From positions 1-55,114 of the forward strand of contig CALKLC010000123.1 in NCBI GenBank assembly GCA_937991975.1: 55,114 nt of DNA, read 5' to 3'. The notes under the pieces were generated by a model, which ran no database searches, was not told the DNA's origin, and saw nothing but the letters and a program-made list of their open reading frames with translations. Positions 19,959-29,387 of the stretch are shown here, in pieces (positions within the stretch are counted from its first letter, which is position 1; each line of letters opens with the position of its first letter). The translations under genes and the position numbers were made by a program. This DNA is from an uncultured Spirochaetales bacterium (GTDB lineage: Bacteria > Spirochaetota > Spirochaetia > DTKZ01).

Positions 19959-21486
19959 TTTTTTCTCCTTCGTTGTTCATGTAATAGAATGGTTTTTTGC
20001 AGACCTGCTCGATTTCCTTTGCCTGGCTGGCAAAATACCGGGTAAGGGCCTGTTTTAACGAACGCAAGCTCTCCTGCGCTTTCTCGAATTGGTCGGCATA
20101 GTCCAAAGGGATGGATTCTTTCAGTTTCGTGAGGACTTCTGTTTTATCTATCTGGGTAAGCTTTCCGTTCTCCAGCACGATCTTGCCGCCGATCAGCACA
20201 TGGGTAATGTGGGATTTCCTGCCCCTCTGCAGAAGCACCTCCACAGGATCATGATAAGGGTATGTAAAAGGTTCTGTCATACGAGTGTAGTCCAGGAGAA
20301 CTACGTCTGCAGGCTTCCCTACCTCTAGTTTCCCTATCTGGAGACCGATGCAACGTGCCCCTCCTTCGGTAACCATGTGAAATACTTCCCTACTGCCCAG
20401 ACACCCGGAACCGGGGACATGGTCTACCACACGGTGAAGTTTTGCCGCCATGCGAGCCTCTTCTATAAAGTCTCTCTCGTCACCGAACTCCTTATCGTCC
20501 ATCCCTATGCCGACGGTAACCCCTGCCTTCCATAGAGGCCATACGGGACTGATCCCGTTACGTACTCGCAGGTTGCAGGAGGGGTGATGCGTAACATTCA
20601 CACCCGTTTGGCGGAGGGTGTGCACATCTTCTTTTGTGATCCAGACACAGTGACCTAACGTTACATGGGGCCCGAGGATCCCCTTTTCAGCCATCCAGGC
20701 GATCAGCGTCTTGCCGTACTTTTTCAGTCCATAGAGGAACTGGTGGGGTGTTTGCTGTACATGGGTAAACAGCATTTTATTTTCCCTTCGGGCCCTGCGA
20801 TCTATTTCATAGAGAACTTCTTCCTCTACCCACTGGGGAGCCATGGGACCGTGATGGATCTGCATTTTGTCTGTGCTAAAATCCTTACTCAGCGAGTCTA
20901 CTGTATCGAAGTACCGCTCGGGAGAGAATTGCTTCGAGTTCTGCATGATCGCTTCCGCTTTCTTACGGTCTTCCATACTGAGGGAGGCAAGGAAGGGTTC
21001 CTGGTCACCATACACAAAGGTGTTCACATAGGACAGTGCAGGGGCAAAGGCTACACGGAGATCACTGGCCTGGTACGCTTTTAAAATATTACCCATTTCT
21101 TCCCCTGCCTGCAGGGGGCTCGTAGGAGTATGGTTGTGCATAACAGCGGTAACCCCGGATTCTATCAGGAGAATAGCCTGCCATAAGGTATCCCAGTACA
21201 GGCTAACAGGGGGGTATTTTCGGAACTTCCACACCTCCAGCGTGTCATCCACTGCTCCTCGCTGAAAATCTGTAATGCCCCGTCCATGGCCGTGGGCATT
21301 GATCAGCCCGGGGATAATAAGGGAATCAGCACTCCCTACTGTACGATCGGGACGATATTGTTCTACTAGCTCCCGGTAGGGGCCCAAAGCCTGAATCACA
21401 CCATCTTGAATATAAACGGCGCCCCCCTCCATCGTGGTTCGGCTGTCGGGTATTACATACTTTCCATAGAGTAAAAGACTGCTCAT
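19945..21486 (-). CDS. metal-dependent amidohydrolase
   Basis: PGLINAHGH, SGVT, LGHCVW, HHPSCNLR...GI, GMD, GKLEVGKPAD. Confidence 0.85.
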   Translation of the reverse strand: MSSLLLYGKYVIPDSRTTMEGGAVYIQDGVIQALGPYRELVEQYRPDRTVGSADSLIIPGLINAHGHGRGITDFQRGAVDDTLEVWKFRKYPPVSLYWDTLWQAILLIESGVTAVMHNHTPTSPLQAGEEMGNILKAYQASDLRVAFAPALSYVNTFVYGDQEPFLASLSMEDRKKAEAIMQNSKQFSPERYFDTVDSLSKDFSTDKMQIHHGPMAPQWVEEEVLYEIDRRARRENKMLFTHVQQTPHQFLYGLKKYGKTLIAWMAEKGILGPHVTLGHCVWITKEDVHTLRQTGVNVTHHPSCNLRVRNGISPVWPLWKAGVTVGIGMDDKEFGDERDFIEEARMAAKLHRVVDHVPGSGCLGSREVFHMVTEGGARCIGLQIGKLEVGKPADVVLLDYTRMTEPFTYPYHDPVEVLLQRGRKSHITHVLIGGKIVLENGKLTQIDKTEVLTKLKESIPLDYADQFEKAQESLRSLKQALTRYFASQAKEIEQVCKKPFYYMNNEGEKNDEA

Positions 21487-22871
21487 ACTTGCCTCCGTGT
21501 ATGAAAGGCGGCGTAGGATGAGGGGTGTTCCCCCTGCGGGATGTATTTCCCCTGCCCATCTTGTGCGACTAGTTTTTCTTTCTGTACTACCGGCTGTCCT
21601 CTCTGGTATACAGCCTCCAGGGATCCTTCGATACGCAATCCCTCATACAGGGTGTATCCTGCTTTAGAATGCTGTGTGGATCCCTGTAAAATGTAAGGTT
21701 TTCGTGGGTCTACCAGTACAAAATCGGCGTCGCTCCCTGGTTCCAGCGTCCCTTTCTTTGGATACAAACCAAAAATACGAGCCGGGTTTTCTGCCAAACA
21801 CCGAACAAGCTGGGGGAGAGTGAGGAACCCCTCCACAAAGCCTTTCTGATACAAGGTGTAGAACAAGGTCTCCGCCTGCGGCGAACCATAGCCGGCTGCA
21901 AGAAAGTCATCGGTGATTTTCTTTGTCTTTGGAGCATGATCGCTGGCTACCACATCGATTTCGCCGTACTTTAGGCCCTCCCATAATTGGTGGTTATCCT
22001 CCTTTGTGCGCAAAGGAGGGCCAATTTTTGCTAAAGGCCCCCACTTCTGGAAGTCTTCTTCGGTTAAAAGGAGGTACTGGGGGCAGGTTTCTGCGTATAC
22101 TGTTTGTCCCCTTTCCCGGGCTCTGCGAATGGGTTCCATTCCTTTCCCGATACTGATATGGGGGATGTATAGGGGGCAAGAACAAACCCGCGCGATGGCA
22201 ATGGCTCGGTTGATTGCTTCCTCCTCTAACTCTGCGGGTCGAACTTTTACAAAAACCTCTTTGGCAGGAACACCTAGTTTTTGGTATTTATCCTCCAGGT
22301 AATCGGTCACCAACCCGTTCTCCGCGTGAACCATCACCATGCCCCCGTGTGCAGCTGCTAAATCCATGGCTGCTGCCAGGTAGTAGTCGGTTGTCATTCT
22401 TCCCAGTTTGGCATAGGTCATGAACATTTTGAAACTTTTCACCCCGTAGGGGAATGCACGAGGGATATCCATGTACTGTTTTTCCACCTGAAATAACCCC
22501 AAATGAAAGGCGTAATCGATACAGGAACCCTTAGCCTTTTCAAAAGCAGTATCTAGAGCTTGTTCGACTGTCTCCCCCGGGAAAGCATACGCGTAGTGTA
22601 TAACGGTAGTCGTACCCCCGTAGGCAGCCACCTGGGGGAGGCTTACAAAATCGTCTTCATAGTACGGATGGGTGTGGGCATCGATAAAACCCGGCAATAC
22701 ATACATTCCAGAAGCATCTATTACTTCCTTTGCCTCTGCCTCTGAAAGTTCCTCTCCTATAGCTGCAATCTTCCCACTCACAATACCTAAAGTGCTATTT
22801 TGGTATCCCTTTCCCGTGACAACGAGTCCGTTCTTCACAATTAAATCTAATTTTCCCCGTTTTACTTCCAT
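21483..22871 (-). CDS. dihydropyrimidinase/hydantoinase (cyclic amidohydrolase)
   Basis: DAHTH, GGTTT, SFKMFMTY (carbamylated Lys), VHAEN, HIS, ETCPQYL, SDH, G.YPKKG. Confidence 0.88.
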   Translation of the reverse strand: MEVKRGKLDLIVKNGLVVTGKGYQNSTLGIVSGKIAAIGEELSEAEAKEVIDASGMYVLPGFIDAHTHPYYEDDFVSLPQVAAYGGTTTVIHYAYAFPGETVEQALDTAFEKAKGSCIDYAFHLGLFQVEKQYMDIPRAFPYGVKSFKMFMTYAKLGRMTTDYYLAAAMDLAAAHGGMVMVHAENGLVTDYLEDKYQKLGVPAKEVFVKVRPAELEEEAINRAIAIARVCSCPLYIPHISIGKGMEPIRRARERGQTVYAETCPQYLLLTEEDFQKWGPLAKIGPPLRTKEDNHQLWEGLKYGEIDVVASDHAPKTKKITDDFLAAGYGSPQAETLFYTLYQKGFVEGFLTLPQLVRCLAENPARIFGLYPKKGTLEPGSDADFVLVDPRKPYILQGSTQHSKAGYTLYEGLRIEGSLEAVYQRGQPVVQKEKLVAQDGQGKYIPQGEHPSSYAAFHTRRQV

Positions 22872-22874
22872 TCC

Positions 22875-22903
22875 TTGATTCCCCCTGTCCTTTATCCTAT
22901 ACT
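22875..22903 (+). promoter_or_regulatory. promoter of the IclR gene (TTGATT-17-TATACT), leaderless geometry
   Basis: -10 ends 6 nt before ATG 22910; no SD. Confidence 0.6.
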
Positions 22904-22909
22904 ACCCCT

Positions 22910-23722
22910 ATGATACACGTTGAAAAGCCTGTAGGTATCGCATCAGTTCGATCTTTAGATAAAGCTTTATCAATACTGGAGCTCATTGGCACAAAAAGCT
23001 CTCCTATTGATCTTGCCACCCTTTCTAGAGAAGCCCGTATGCCAAAAACCACTACCCTTCGGATGCTTTCCACCCTGGTCAAACGAAATTTCCTTTCTTA
23101 CGATCCCCATGCAAAAACCTACACTCTTGGCATCTCTCTTATCTATTTAGGTAAAAAGGCAGAAGAGCACTTCAGCCTGACCCGGATCCTCCGGCCATTC
23201 CTTCTAGAAATATCGAACGAGGTACAGGAAACGGCTTCTCTTGTCTTGTTGGAGTACGATACGGCAGTGTACATAGACCAGATTATTAGTAAAAACCTCA
23301 TTCGAGCGGTTCCTTCTGTGGGGGCCCACTTAAACCTGTACTGCACTGCCTCGGGAAAACTTTTCCTTAGTCAATTCTCCCATGAACAGCTGGAAGATTA
23401 TTTGCAAACCCATCCCTTAACTCCCTTAACCCCAAAAACCATAACCGACCCTAACCTTTTAAAACAAGAATTAGAAAAAATCCGCGCACAGGGATATAGC
23501 ACAGACGATGAAGAGACAGAAATTGGAGGCTTCTGCATTGCCGTTCCCATATGGAATCAGATGGGAGACCTCGCAGCTGTGTTCAGTATCACGGGTCCCG
23601 CGGAACGGATCCGATCGAAGCAAATATCCCATATAGCCTCTTACCTAAAAGCGGTTTCTGAAAAAGCTTCCGAAGCCCTTGGTTTTAAGCAAAGGAAAGG
23701 TTCTCCTGCAGGGCCTAAGTAG
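22910..23722 (+). CDS. IclR-family transcriptional regulator
   Basis: VRSLDKAL.ILE HTH, YCTASGK, T.KT, GYS.DDEE...G..CIAVPI. Confidence 0.93.
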   Translation: MIHVEKPVGIASVRSLDKALSILELIGTKSSPIDLATLSREARMPKTTTLRMLSTLVKRNFLSYDPHAKTYTLGISLIYLGKKAEEHFSLTRILRPFLLEISNEVQETASLVLLEYDTAVYIDQIISKNLIRAVPSVGAHLNLYCTASGKLFLSQFSHEQLEDYLQTHPLTPLTPKTITDPNLLKQELEKIRAQGYSTDDEETEIGGFCIAVPIWNQMGDLAAVFSITGPAERIRSKQISHIASYLKAVSEKASEALGFKQRKGSPAGPK

Positions 23723-23747
23723 GTCATAAAGGAAGCAACCTATACCC

Positions 23748-25064
23748 TCATTTTAACAATAGATTCGGCAGCCAGGTGGCGATTCCCGGAAACAATAGCA
23801 ATGCGACCAAAACAATGAGATCACATACTACAAAAGGCCAGATTCCCGCGAAGATATCCTCTAGACTCACGTCTTTCCCTGCCACTCCCTTCATGGCAAA
23901 CACATTTAAGCCTACCGGCGGGGTAACCGCACCAATTTCGGTCATTTTCAGGCAGATCACCCCAAACCAAATCGGGTCGTATCCCAGGCGGAGGATAATC
24001 GGATATACAATGGGAAGGGTAAGGGCATAGATCCCTACAGGAACCATGATCATTCCCAGGAAGAACATCAAAAGGACTATGGCAAGTAGAATGACAAAAC
24101 TCGGAACGGGTAGTGCGTCGATCATGCGGGATAATTCCGCGGGGAGTCGGGTGATGGCCAGCACCCTGCTGTAATATAGAGCGCCGATATTGATTAAAAA
24201 GATCATAGCCGTTGTATTGGCGGAATCCTTCATAGCCATTACCACTTCACGGAAACTTTTTACGTCTTTTAACCTCCAGCCAATGAATAAAGTGGCAAAA
24301 GACCCTGCCGCGGCAGCTTCGGTAGGGGTAAACAGTCCTCCATACATGCCGCCCAGCACTATCAATGCAACCAGAGCTATCGGCCATAGTTGGGAACCTT
24401 CAGAGAGGCGCTTGGAAAAGGACCAGCTTTCTTTTTCGAAGCGTGGGGCCAATTGGGGATTTTTCTTAACCCTATAGATGATCATCAGAGAGTAGACAGT
24501 AGCGGTAATCAACCCCGGGATAATACCTGCGGCGAATAATTTCCCCACGGAGGTTTGGGTAAACATCGCATAGATAATGAACATCATGCTGGGAGGAATC
24601 ATGGAAGCAAAGGTTCCCGCGGAAGCTATGCAACCTGTGGCGAGCTTTTTATCGTAATTGTATTTTGCCATCTCCGGAAGAGCGAGCTTTCCAAAAATAG
24701 CTGTAGCGGCGATGGATGACCCGGAGATTGCTCCAAAAGCGGCGCAGCCGAAACAGGTAGCCACACCTAAGGAACCTGGTACGCCGTGGGTTAAACCATA
24801 TACGCCCCTGAATGCTCTTGCCGCAAAGCTTCCGATGCCCGCAAAAGCTCCCATTAAGATAAACAAAGGGATACATGCCCACGTAGGGGTAGCTATAGCA
24901 TGGTATGCAGTTTGACTTAAGAGGGAGAGTGCTCCATTCAGCCCTATTAGAATCCCGCTTCCAAGGAGGCCGCTAAGAATAAAGGCTGTTCCAATCGGTA
25001 TACCCAGAGTCATGGTAAAAAGTAGAAGCAGTATGGTTAAGGATCCGATGGTAAGAAAATTCAT
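23748..25064 (-). CDS. dctM: TRAP transporter large permease
   Basis: IPLFILMG, GAISGSS, IPPS, TPTEAA, TPPVGLN. Confidence 0.92.
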   Translation of the reverse strand: MNFLTIGSLTILLLLFTMTLGIPIGTAFILSGLLGSGILIGLNGALSLLSQTAYHAIATPTWACIPLFILMGAFAGIGSFAARAFRGVYGLTHGVPGSLGVATCFGCAAFGAISGSSIAATAIFGKLALPEMAKYNYDKKLATGCIASAGTFASMIPPSMMFIIYAMFTQTSVGKLFAAGIIPGLITATVYSLMIIYRVKKNPQLAPRFEKESWSFSKRLSEGSQLWPIALVALIVLGGMYGGLFTPTEAAAAGSFATLFIGWRLKDVKSFREVVMAMKDSANTTAMIFLINIGALYYSRVLAITRLPAELSRMIDALPVPSFVILLAIVLLMFFLGMIMVPVGIYALTLPIVYPIILRLGYDPIWFGVICLKMTEIGAVTPPVGLNVFAMKGVAGKDVSLEDIFAGIWPFVVCDLIVLVALLLFPGIATWLPNLLLK

Positions 25065-25076
25065 ACGATACTCTCC

Positions 25077-25613
25077 CTAAAATGAAACATCCGAGGGTAA
25101 ATCAGGAGTTTCCGCCTGTTTAGCAAAAGGATCTTCCGCATATCGGGCATTCTTTATACTGGTTGCCGTATTCATCAGGATGGACGTTAAATAAAAAAAT
25201 AATCCAATGACAATCAACACTTTGACTGGCCAGATGGGCAGTTGTACTGTCCCGGCAACTGCTTCATTGGTACGGTACGCGATCAAGGTGTTCCTGCCCA
25301 TTTCATAAAGGAATATACTCACTACCCCTAATTGGATAACATTGATTAGTACCAGCAGGAGTTTCTTTATTTTCCAGGGCAAAAAGTGTAAGAAAATCTC
25401 GATTCGAACGTTTTCGTCGTTCTCTTCACACCGGGCAAGACCCAGATAGATCACCACCATCATGACAAATACCGACATTTCGGCTATCCCCTGGAAGGGC
25501 TTGTCTATACCACGGCTTACAATGTCAAGGAGGAGCAAGGCCATCATGAGAAGCATAAGCCATCCGGAAAAAGCGGACAAGAACTCGTTTATTGTATGCA
25601 AGACTTTGCGCAT
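25077..25613 (-). CDS. dctQ: TRAP transporter small permease
   Basis: four TM helices, between dctP and dctM. Confidence 0.85.
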   Translation of the reverse strand: MRKVLHTINEFLSAFSGWLMLLMMALLLLDIVSRGIDKPFQGIAEMSVFVMMVVIYLGLARCEENDENVRIEIFLHFLPWKIKKLLLVLINVIQLGVVSIFLYEMGRNTLIAYRTNEAVAGTVQLPIWPVKVLIVIGLFFYLTSILMNTATSIKNARYAEDPFAKQAETPDLPSDVSF

Positions 25614-25640
25614 TTTAACACCCCCCTTTCAGCATAGTAC

Positions 25641-25677
25641 AAAAAATCGCATATGGGATACCCTCCCATATGCGATT
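25641..25677 (-). terminator. intrinsic terminator-like hairpin between dctP and dctQ
   Basis: 14-bp perfect stem AATCGCATATGGGA/TCCCATATGCGATT followed by a U-run on the minus strand. Confidence 0.65.
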
Positions 25678-25699
25678 GATGCGATCGAAAAGCAGGGCG

Positions 25700-26776
25700 C
25701 TATTTCTTATCCCGTGCCATGGCTTCTTTCATGATATCTCGCATTTTTTCCATGATCTTATCCGCATTGGTGATGCCTGCTGCTTTATTTTCTTCCACCC
25801 ATTTTGCATGAAGCTTTACAAGCTCTTTTTCGTTTTCCCACTTCTTTAATTCTTCTTCGGTAATAACCGCTACTTTATATCCCGCTTTCTTTTGAGTTTC
25901 GAAGATGCGTTCCCAGGCTCCGGCAAAGGCCTTGCCAAACTCGTCCATGGCAAACTTATTCGCTCGTTCAATGCCCTCCTGCACCTCTTTCGGCAAAGAG
26001 TTCCAGAAATTTTTGTTAGCTACAATTAGAAAGGGAGTAGCCCACCAAATTTCCTTGGTAACCAGCAGGTTAGGAGCCGGCTCTTCAAACTTCATCATGT
26101 GCAGCCCGTCATAGTTGGTAAGAACCCCGTCAATGGTTTTTGTCTGTAACGCCATATACACGTCCGCCCAGGGAACCGATACAGGGATAGCCCCCGCGTT
26201 TCGAAGGTACTCCAGCACCCATCGGCTGGAAGCCCGCCATTTCTGTCCTTTAATGTCATCTATACTGGTAATGGGTTTTGTGCTCGCAAATGCCCCTGGA
26301 AGCCCGGAGGTGTATAGCATGATCTTCAGGTTCCATTGATCTTCGATTTCCTTTTTTAATTCTGGAATCTCTTGGTACGCTGTATCGTACACCCATCGTA
26401 TAACTTCCCATTTCCCGGGCCCAATGGGGAATAGTTTGAAAATCTGATGCAGAGGAAGTTGTTTGGGATAAAACTCGGCGAATACGAATCCCATTTGAGC
26501 CACTCCGTCGGATATCCCTTTTAAAGCTTCCGGTGCCGATAGCAGGGCCGCCCCCCAGAAATCCTGGATTTTCACTGCTCCCTTTGTTTCCCTCTCTACA
26601 GCGGGAATCCATACATTTTTCAAAAATTCTGTGCGCACCCCTCCAGGGGGATCACTATCCGAATATTTTACAGTGATAGTAGCCTGTTTTTGTGCAGGTG
26701 TCTCTTTCGCACCGCCCGCAAAGAGAAGACCTGCGACAAGCAGGAAAACTCCCAGGATAGTTAAAGCTCGTTTCAT
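25700..26776 (-). CDS. dctP: TRAP transporter substrate-binding protein
   Basis: signal peptide, D.KG.KWR, GA.PV.VPW.DVY.ALQTKTIDG. Confidence 0.9.
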   Translation of the reverse strand: MKRALTILGVFLLVAGLLFAGGAKETPAQKQATITVKYSDSDPPGGVRTEFLKNVWIPAVERETKGAVKIQDFWGAALLSAPEALKGISDGVAQMGFVFAEFYPKQLPLHQIFKLFPIGPGKWEVIRWVYDTAYQEIPELKKEIEDQWNLKIMLYTSGLPGAFASTKPITSIDDIKGQKWRASSRWVLEYLRNAGAIPVSVPWADVYMALQTKTIDGVLTNYDGLHMMKFEEPAPNLLVTKEIWWATPFLIVANKNFWNSLPKEVQEGIERANKFAMDEFGKAFAGAWERIFETQKKAGYKVAVITEEELKKWENEKELVKLHAKWVEENKAAGITNADKIMEKMRDIMKEAMARDKK

Positions 26777-26941
26777 ACGTATCCTCCTTGGATAAGTTTT
26801 AAAAAGTCTAACTAGTAGAGGTCTTTTCTGTCAATATAAAATTCAATTTTTTGGTATAAAGTTTCTATAAATGGAATAACTTCATACATTTTTGTAGTTA
26901 ATTGGAATCAAGCATACTCTAAAGTATTATTTAATCTGTTC

Positions 26942-26977
26942 TTGACAGATAAAACTAAGATTTGGTATAGTATTCCA
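26942..26977 (+). promoter_or_regulatory. larA promoter (TTGACA...TGGTATAGT) overlapped by an IclR-type box TGGTATAGTATTCCA
   Basis: -35 at 26942, extended -10 at 26963-26971, imperfect TGGAA-N5-TTCCA palindrome at 26963-26977. Confidence 0.6.
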
Positions 26978-27001
26978 CCATAAGGAACAATTGCCATTTT
27001 G

Positions 27002-28228
27002 ATGAGGGAGATTTTTTCCATACAACCCCAACATACGCCACCGGAGGCATCCCCACGAAAGATCGTGGAAGAGGGACTGCGAAAACCTCTGGGATCTCCC
27101 CCCATCGAAGAGTTGATCCATCCAACCGATTATGTGTGCATACTCATTGATGACATTACCCGCCCAACTCCCCAGAAAGTGTTACTCCCTCCTCTATTGG
27201 ATGTACTTAAAAAGTGCGGAATTTCTGATTCTCATATCACCTTTCTTATCGCTCTCGGAACCCACAGGCCTATGAATCTAAAGGAAATCGAACAACATGT
27301 AGGATCTGAAATTGCGTCTCGATTTACCATCAAGAATCATGAGTGGGATAATCCTGATGCTCTTTTTTTCGCAGGAACCACGCCTGGAGGAACTCCGATC
27401 TATGTGAACCGTTTATTAAAGGAGGCCGATTTCTCCATCGGTGTTTCCAGTGTTGTGCCTCATGCCCAGGTCGGCTGGGGGGGCGGATCAAAAATAGTAC
27501 TGCCTGGTGTAAGTGGCGCAGAGACCGTAGGCGCCATGCACCTTTTCGCTGCCTCCCTTCCTGGGTATCCAAGGTTCGCGGGGCAGGTAGATACTCCTGT
27601 TCGAGCTTTGATCGAAGAGATCGGCCGAAAGGCAGGACTTTCCTATATCGTAAATGCTGTTTTTAATGCCAGCTACGAGCTGATCCATGTGGTTGCCGGC
27701 GACCCTGTATCAGCCCACCGTCAAGGGGTTCAACTAGCTCATGATATCTTCATTCGGCCCATACCTGACCTTGCCGATGTCGTCGTTGTAGACGCGCATC
27801 CCGCGGACCTTGAGTACTGGCAGGGACTAAAACCCCTAACCCTTGGACATTTAGCCGTAAAGAAAGGGGGAGTCCTTATCCTTCAGGGGAGATTCCCCGA
27901 AGGGATAAGCCGTACACATACGGAACTCTCCCGGTATGGGAAATTATCCAGAGGGGAACTTGACCAGGTGGTGAAAGAAGGGCTTTTAAAGGATGGGGCC
28001 TGCATAGGGGCTCTCTACCAGCATATCCTTGTCCGGGAACATTGCGCCGTATTTTGTGTATCTGAGGGGTTGACTCCCCATATGTGCGACAACCTTGGTT
28101 TTGAATATTATCCTACTGTAAAAAAAGCCCTGGATGAGGCAAAGCACCGACTTTCAGCTGGGGCAACAGTTGGATGGATTCATGAGGGAGGGGAGACCGT
28201 CCCGGCGGTTATTGAGCAAAAAAACTAA
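27002..28228 (+). CDS. larA: LarA-family nickel-pincer-dependent 2-hydroxyacid racemase/epimerase
   Basis: DDITRPTP, ALGTHR, PH..GWGGGSK...PG and downstream His match LarA active-site positions. Confidence 0.85.
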   Translation: MREIFSIQPQHTPPEASPRKIVEEGLRKPLGSPPIEELIHPTDYVCILIDDITRPTPQKVLLPPLLDVLKKCGISDSHITFLIALGTHRPMNLKEIEQHVGSEIASRFTIKNHEWDNPDALFFAGTTPGGTPIYVNRLLKEADFSIGVSSVVPHAQVGWGGGSKIVLPGVSGAETVGAMHLFAASLPGYPRFAGQVDTPVRALIEEIGRKAGLSYIVNAVFNASYELIHVVAGDPVSAHRQGVQLAHDIFIRPIPDLADVVVVDAHPADLEYWQGLKPLTLGHLAVKKGGVLILQGRFPEGISRTHTELSRYGKLSRGELDQVVKEGLLKDGACIGALYQHILVREHCAVFCVSEGLTPHMCDNLGFEYYPTVKKALDEAKHRLSAGATVGWIHEGGETVPAVIEQKN

Positions 28229-28251
28229 AGAATACGTAATGGAGGAAAACC

Positions 28252-29352
28252 ATGGGAGAAACTGTGTACTTTCGGCCTGAAGATTTAACTTCCTACATCG
28301 AGCGGTTTTTTATCACCTATAAGGTACCCCAAAATCATGCAAAACAGATTGCGGAGGTCATTACAGAAGCAGATCTGCGGGGTGTGCATTCCCATGGGAT
28401 ATCGCGTCTCCATGTGTACTATGGGGACAGACTACGGGCAGGGCTGATGGATCCTGCTACGCCGTATAAAGTACTCAGTGAAACGGAAACAACCATCCGG
28501 TATGACGGCGGGAACGGCTTCGGCCAGGTGGTGGGTATTGCCGCCATGGAAAAGTGTATCGAAAAAGCGAAAATCCATCAGGTGGGAATAGCCACTGTCT
28601 GCAATTCCAACCACTATGGAATCGCCGCCTATTATTCGATGATGGCTCTCCCCCACGGGATGATAGGGATCAGCATGACCAATTCCCAGCCTTTAGTTGC
28701 CCCCACGTACGGACGGGAACGAATACTGGGTACAAATCCGATTTCTGTAGCGGCCCCTGCCCATAGGAGGAAACCTTTTGTACTGGATATGGCCACAAGT
28801 ATTGTTCCCATGGGGAAAATTATGCTGGCGGAAACAAAGGGAGAAACAGTCCCTCTCGGGTATGGAATCAATGCAAAAGGGGAGTTAACTCAGAATCCAA
28901 CCGAAATCCGGAACGGAGGCGCTCTTTTGCCCCTTGGGGGCCCTGATTATTTATCCGGATATAAAGGGTACGGGTTAGCCCTTTGGGTGGATATTCTCTG
29001 CGGCGTACTGGCTGGAGCGGCTTTTGGCAAGGATGTGGGCAGCCCTGTAGCCACATCCGGAACTCCCACGAACATCGGCCATTTCTTTCTGGCATTAAAC
29101 ATACAGGCTTTCCGCGATCTCTCCGATTTTACCCGGGACATGGATGCTTTGATTGAACAGCTAACCAGCTGTCCTAAAGAACCGGGGAAAGAGCGGATTT
29201 ACATCCATGGGGAAAAAGAGTTCGAGCAAAAAGAACGGTATTTGAAGGAGGGGGTTGCCCTGCCCGTAGAAGTTGTAGAGGTACTTCAAAAGAAAGGGAA
29301 GGAATCGGGGGTCCCGTTTGATTTAAGGCCCCTTCATTCTAAAGCAGGTTAA
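28252..29352 (+). CDS. Ldh_2-family (type 2 malate/L-lactate/sulfolactate/ureidoglycolate) dehydrogenase
   Basis: ADLRG.HSHG, SNHYG, GTNPI, LDMATS, GYKGYGL, IHGEKE. Confidence 0.88.
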   Translation: MGETVYFRPEDLTSYIERFFITYKVPQNHAKQIAEVITEADLRGVHSHGISRLHVYYGDRLRAGLMDPATPYKVLSETETTIRYDGGNGFGQVVGIAAMEKCIEKAKIHQVGIATVCNSNHYGIAAYYSMMALPHGMIGISMTNSQPLVAPTYGRERILGTNPISVAAPAHRRKPFVLDMATSIVPMGKIMLAETKGETVPLGYGINAKGELTQNPTEIRNGGALLPLGGPDYLSGYKGYGLALWVDILCGVLAGAAFGKDVGSPVATSGTPTNIGHFFLALNIQAFRDLSDFTRDMDALIEQLTSCPKEPGKERIYIHGEKEFEQKERYLKEGVALPVEVVEVLQKKGKESGVPFDLRPLHSKAG

Positions 29353-29363
29353 TTCATGCAGGA

Positions 29364-29385
29364 GTGGTGCCAAAATTGTGGCACC
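29364..29385. repeat. 22-bp hairpin element GTGGTGCCAAAATTGTGGCACC, copy 2
   Basis: identical to 10949-10970; lies between convergent stop codons. Confidence 0.8.
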
Positions 29386-29387
29386 TC

